64,000 nt of DNA from Lama glama. Lineage: Eukaryota. A model generated the notes under the pieces. It searched no databases and was not told the origin of the DNA. It saw only the letters and a program-made list of their open reading frames with translations. Position numbers and translations under genes: made by a program. How positions within the stretch are numbered: the first letter of the stretch is position 1; every line of letters begins with the position of its first letter. Below are positions 60,870-64,000 of this stretch, one piece after another. Location: positions 77,192,001-77,256,000 of the forward strand of contig CM052817.1 of NCBI GenBank assembly GCA_028534125.1, given 5' to 3'.

Positions 60870-63469
60870 AGAGAGAACAAAATAGAAAGTTCTGTGTTAA
60901 GTCTCTCTTTCTTAATTGATTTTCATGGAAAGGTAACATGCTGGATCTTTCGATTGGCTGAGATGAACTAGTACAGAGAGTTATTTTCCAGGAGTGTGTT
61001 TCCACAGTCCAGCCTTTGACTCATAGAAACTCCTTTCCAAGGTTTTAAGGCCTTTGCCTCTCATCACTGTCTCTTGTCCGAGCAGCTTGCTTCTCCCCTG
61101 GAGGCTGTCCTTATTTTCTCCTGAACATGACATGTTTATTCTTCTCCCAGGTGTCTGTGACTTTGCCCATGATCTTTTCTGCAATGGAATGTTTCTCTAT
61201 TTATTTCTCCCAGGCACATAGTAGGTATGCAACAAAGACTGTTTTTTAAACTTTAATTATGTATTAATAATGGATTAATAATGATTAATAATGCAGATTA
61301 ATAATGATTCCTCTTTTTTTAGTAAGGAATGACATTGCATTCAGTCAAAAACAAGTAAACACTGTTTCAGCTCATAAATTTTATCAGAAGCATTAAGAGT
61401 AAGTGTTTTGAATGATAAGGATAAATAAATGCGAGTGATTCTGCTGCATGACTGGGGATGAAGAGCAGGCAGAAGGGGACAGGGACAGCAGGGGCAGGCG
61501 TCTGCAGCACAGTGTGAAACAAGGGCATTCTTCTCTTGGAAGTACTCACAATACAAGAAAAGAAAAGAAATCTAAAAACAAAATATTGTTTTTTGGTAGT
61601 TTTCATTTTAATTTATCTTGTTTTCCATGTTCAGAGTTTTTTTTTTTTTTGTCAATTAAAATAACCTCAGGATTAACCCTGAAGAAGGATAAACTAGCTC
61701 CTGTCTGGCATGCTCTAGAATTTGCAGCTCTTAAAACACTATAGTATCCTGAAGGAAGAAATCGTTCAGCATTCTCTAAGTCATCTTCTCTGGGTCAACA
61801 GGAATGGGAGAAATAAAAAGAACATTCATTTAATCTGATTATTAATGGAGAAAAAAATAAAATATACACGACAAAAATAATTACTCACAATACTATCAAG
61901 TCAGACCTCTTACGAAGGCCCCAGGGTCCTGGAGTGAAGGTAGCAAAGGGTGACTTCAGACCACTGTATACCTTCCTATTTGCACTGAAGAAATATTATT
62001 GTTTTGATAGAGTTAATGTTATGATGAAGAGGCTTGTTTCTCACTGGTATTTCTAGTTAAAAATTTTGCATTTTCCCACAGTAATACTGTCATCTTACTC
62101 TTTGAAAGCAGGATTCTAGCTCTTGGCATCTTCCAAAATAGTGCTCTTCAAGGTGGATGATATACATCTATGAGTAAGTGGATACTTAAGTCAGCTACGT
62201 ATTTTTTTGAAAGTTGTTGAATAAATGAATGAATGAGTGAATGTACATCTTTTATTCTTTAGTGTGAGAATGGCAACTACTGAAAAACCTGATTTTGTGG
62301 AAGCTTTGTCTGATTTTTTTTAATGAGCAATTTATTTAAAGGGTAATTGGAAGAGTGATATATATGCTTTATGTGTGTGTGTTCCTATTTTTACCTGATA
62401 TTATGTAGTAACCAGATGCCAATTCAAAAGATTCTGTGGAAAAAACCATTGATTGAACTCTGGGAATCAAGAGACTTGAATTCTAGCCATGGGTCTAACT
62501 TGACTTTATTCTGTGACCTTAACTATATCACTAAAACTATCTGGCTCTCAATTTCTCTGTTAATAAAAGGAAAGATTTAGAATACATGATTCTAAGGTTC
62601 CTTTTAGCTAGAGTCTGTTTTAAATCAAGAAGAGAATAGATGAAAGAAAACATCCATGAATGGTCATATTTTCTCTGTTAACTTGAAAAATAAAGCAGTA
62701 TTTTCTGGAAAGGGCAATTCTTTATACAGTCTTTTATGGGACTTTTTTTCTCACTTCTCCAAATCATCATTTGCAGGATGTATATGTTATAAATAAATAA
62801 ATAAGCAAAACAAAAACTCAAAAGGTATCAATTTCATGTGCTTGTTTGCTAGATTGTCCTTTTTTAATGCTGAAAAATATACTGCAAGGAATTACTACTG
62901 AATTCATCATTTTATAATGATTCTTTTTTTTGGGGGGGGTAAATGCTTTATTCTTTCCCTTTCCTTATTTTTTTCTAAATAAAGAGGTAGTTCCCTAGCA
63001 TACACAAATGTAATCAACATGTTTTTAAAATATCGTTAAGAATTCATGAACTTAAATACAAATTGATGTTTTTGTAAATCTAACTTCTTTACTCAAACTA
63101 TAGATTCAACATGATTTTATAGCCTTTAAGTTTCATTTTCCTTACTCTACTAGAAACCCCAGAGAGACAGTGGCTAAAGATAATCACATAGAATGAAATC
63201 ACTCACTCTGACCTAGCTGTTCACTTCTCTGACAAATTCTAATTTGATGGGGGAAGAGGGAATGTGTTTGATATTCTTCATCTATTCTTTAAACCCCTCT
63301 TATTTGGGTAAATGTGTCAAAGGGAAAAAGGAGGCAGTCCTTGGTAAACTTGGACTTGATTAGCTTAGTTCCGCAACTCAAAGTGCAGTGTTTTGAATCA
63401 AATCATGGTTCTATCCCAAAAAAGGATTCAGGTCTGTTTTTTAAAAAATTAAAATAGAACTGAAAATGG

Positions 63470-63960
63470 CTTTTATTTTTGGATTATAAAAAAAAGGACA
63501 CATTGTCATTGTAGAAAAATTCAAATATTACAGAAAAGGATAAAAATAAAGTAAAAAATCATACCATCCAGAAATAACACATTATTAACCCTTTGGTGAA
63601 CAACTTCTCAGTCCCCTCTCTCTGCACACACACCAATTGACAATCACACTTACAGTCAATTCTGTGTAAAAAGAGTGGTACTAAATGTGCTTTCTTATTA
63701 AACACACAACATGAACATCTTTCCTTGTCAGTGAATCCTGATTTACATCATCTTTTTCGTGACTGCACAGTATTACATGGTATGGATTGACCATAATTTA
63801 TATAACTCATTCCCTACTGAACATATAAATTATTTATAATTTTTCACCATTACAGATAGTGCTGAGATGAATACTTTTGTATATCTAAAATATATTTGTG
63901 CACTTAAATGATCATTCCTATAGAACTAATTTGTAAATAGAATTACTAGTCTGAGAGTAT
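63470..63960 (-). mobile_element. Old L1ME-like 3' fragment
   Basis: catgaacatctttccttgtcagt...gtatggattgaccataatttatataac...tagaattactag. Confidence 0.6.
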
Positions 63961-64000
63961 GCTGTATTTTTTGGTGAAAATGAGTATTATCTGAATTAAT

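Noticed and set aside
54215..61308. Short direct repeats (18 bp x2 at 54215, 10 bp x3 at 56642, attaataatg x4 at 61263)
   Set aside because: Ordinary slippage repeats with no repeat-spacer architecture. Not CRISPR-like.

Overview
Mammalian genomic DNA, most likely camelid (it carries vic-1-like tRNA-derived SINEs), from a scaffolded draft assembly with three gaps of exactly 500 N. The window covers the divergent SEC24D / SYNPO2 locus. Three internal SEC24D coding exons lie on the minus strand (14530-14382, 13162-12887, 12605-12478). The promoter and first coding exon of SYNPO2 (48533-48637, start of the PDZ domain) lie on the plus strand, followed by intron 1. The SEC24D 5' exons and promoter are not visible and probably fall in a gap. 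The rest is mostly L1, L2, MIR, MaLR/ERV LTRs, hAT DNA transposons and microsatellites. I find no evidence of a new multi-gene system. The most notable observations are an unexplained 23/24-bp element shared by introns of both genes, clustered substitutions in a normally conserved SEC24D motif, a NAGNAG acceptor, template-switch-like scars in an L2, a twin-primed 5'-inverted L1, nested insertions with TSDs, and candidate regulatory motifs upstream of SYNPO2. Gene and repeat family names come from my recall of known sequences, not from database searches.
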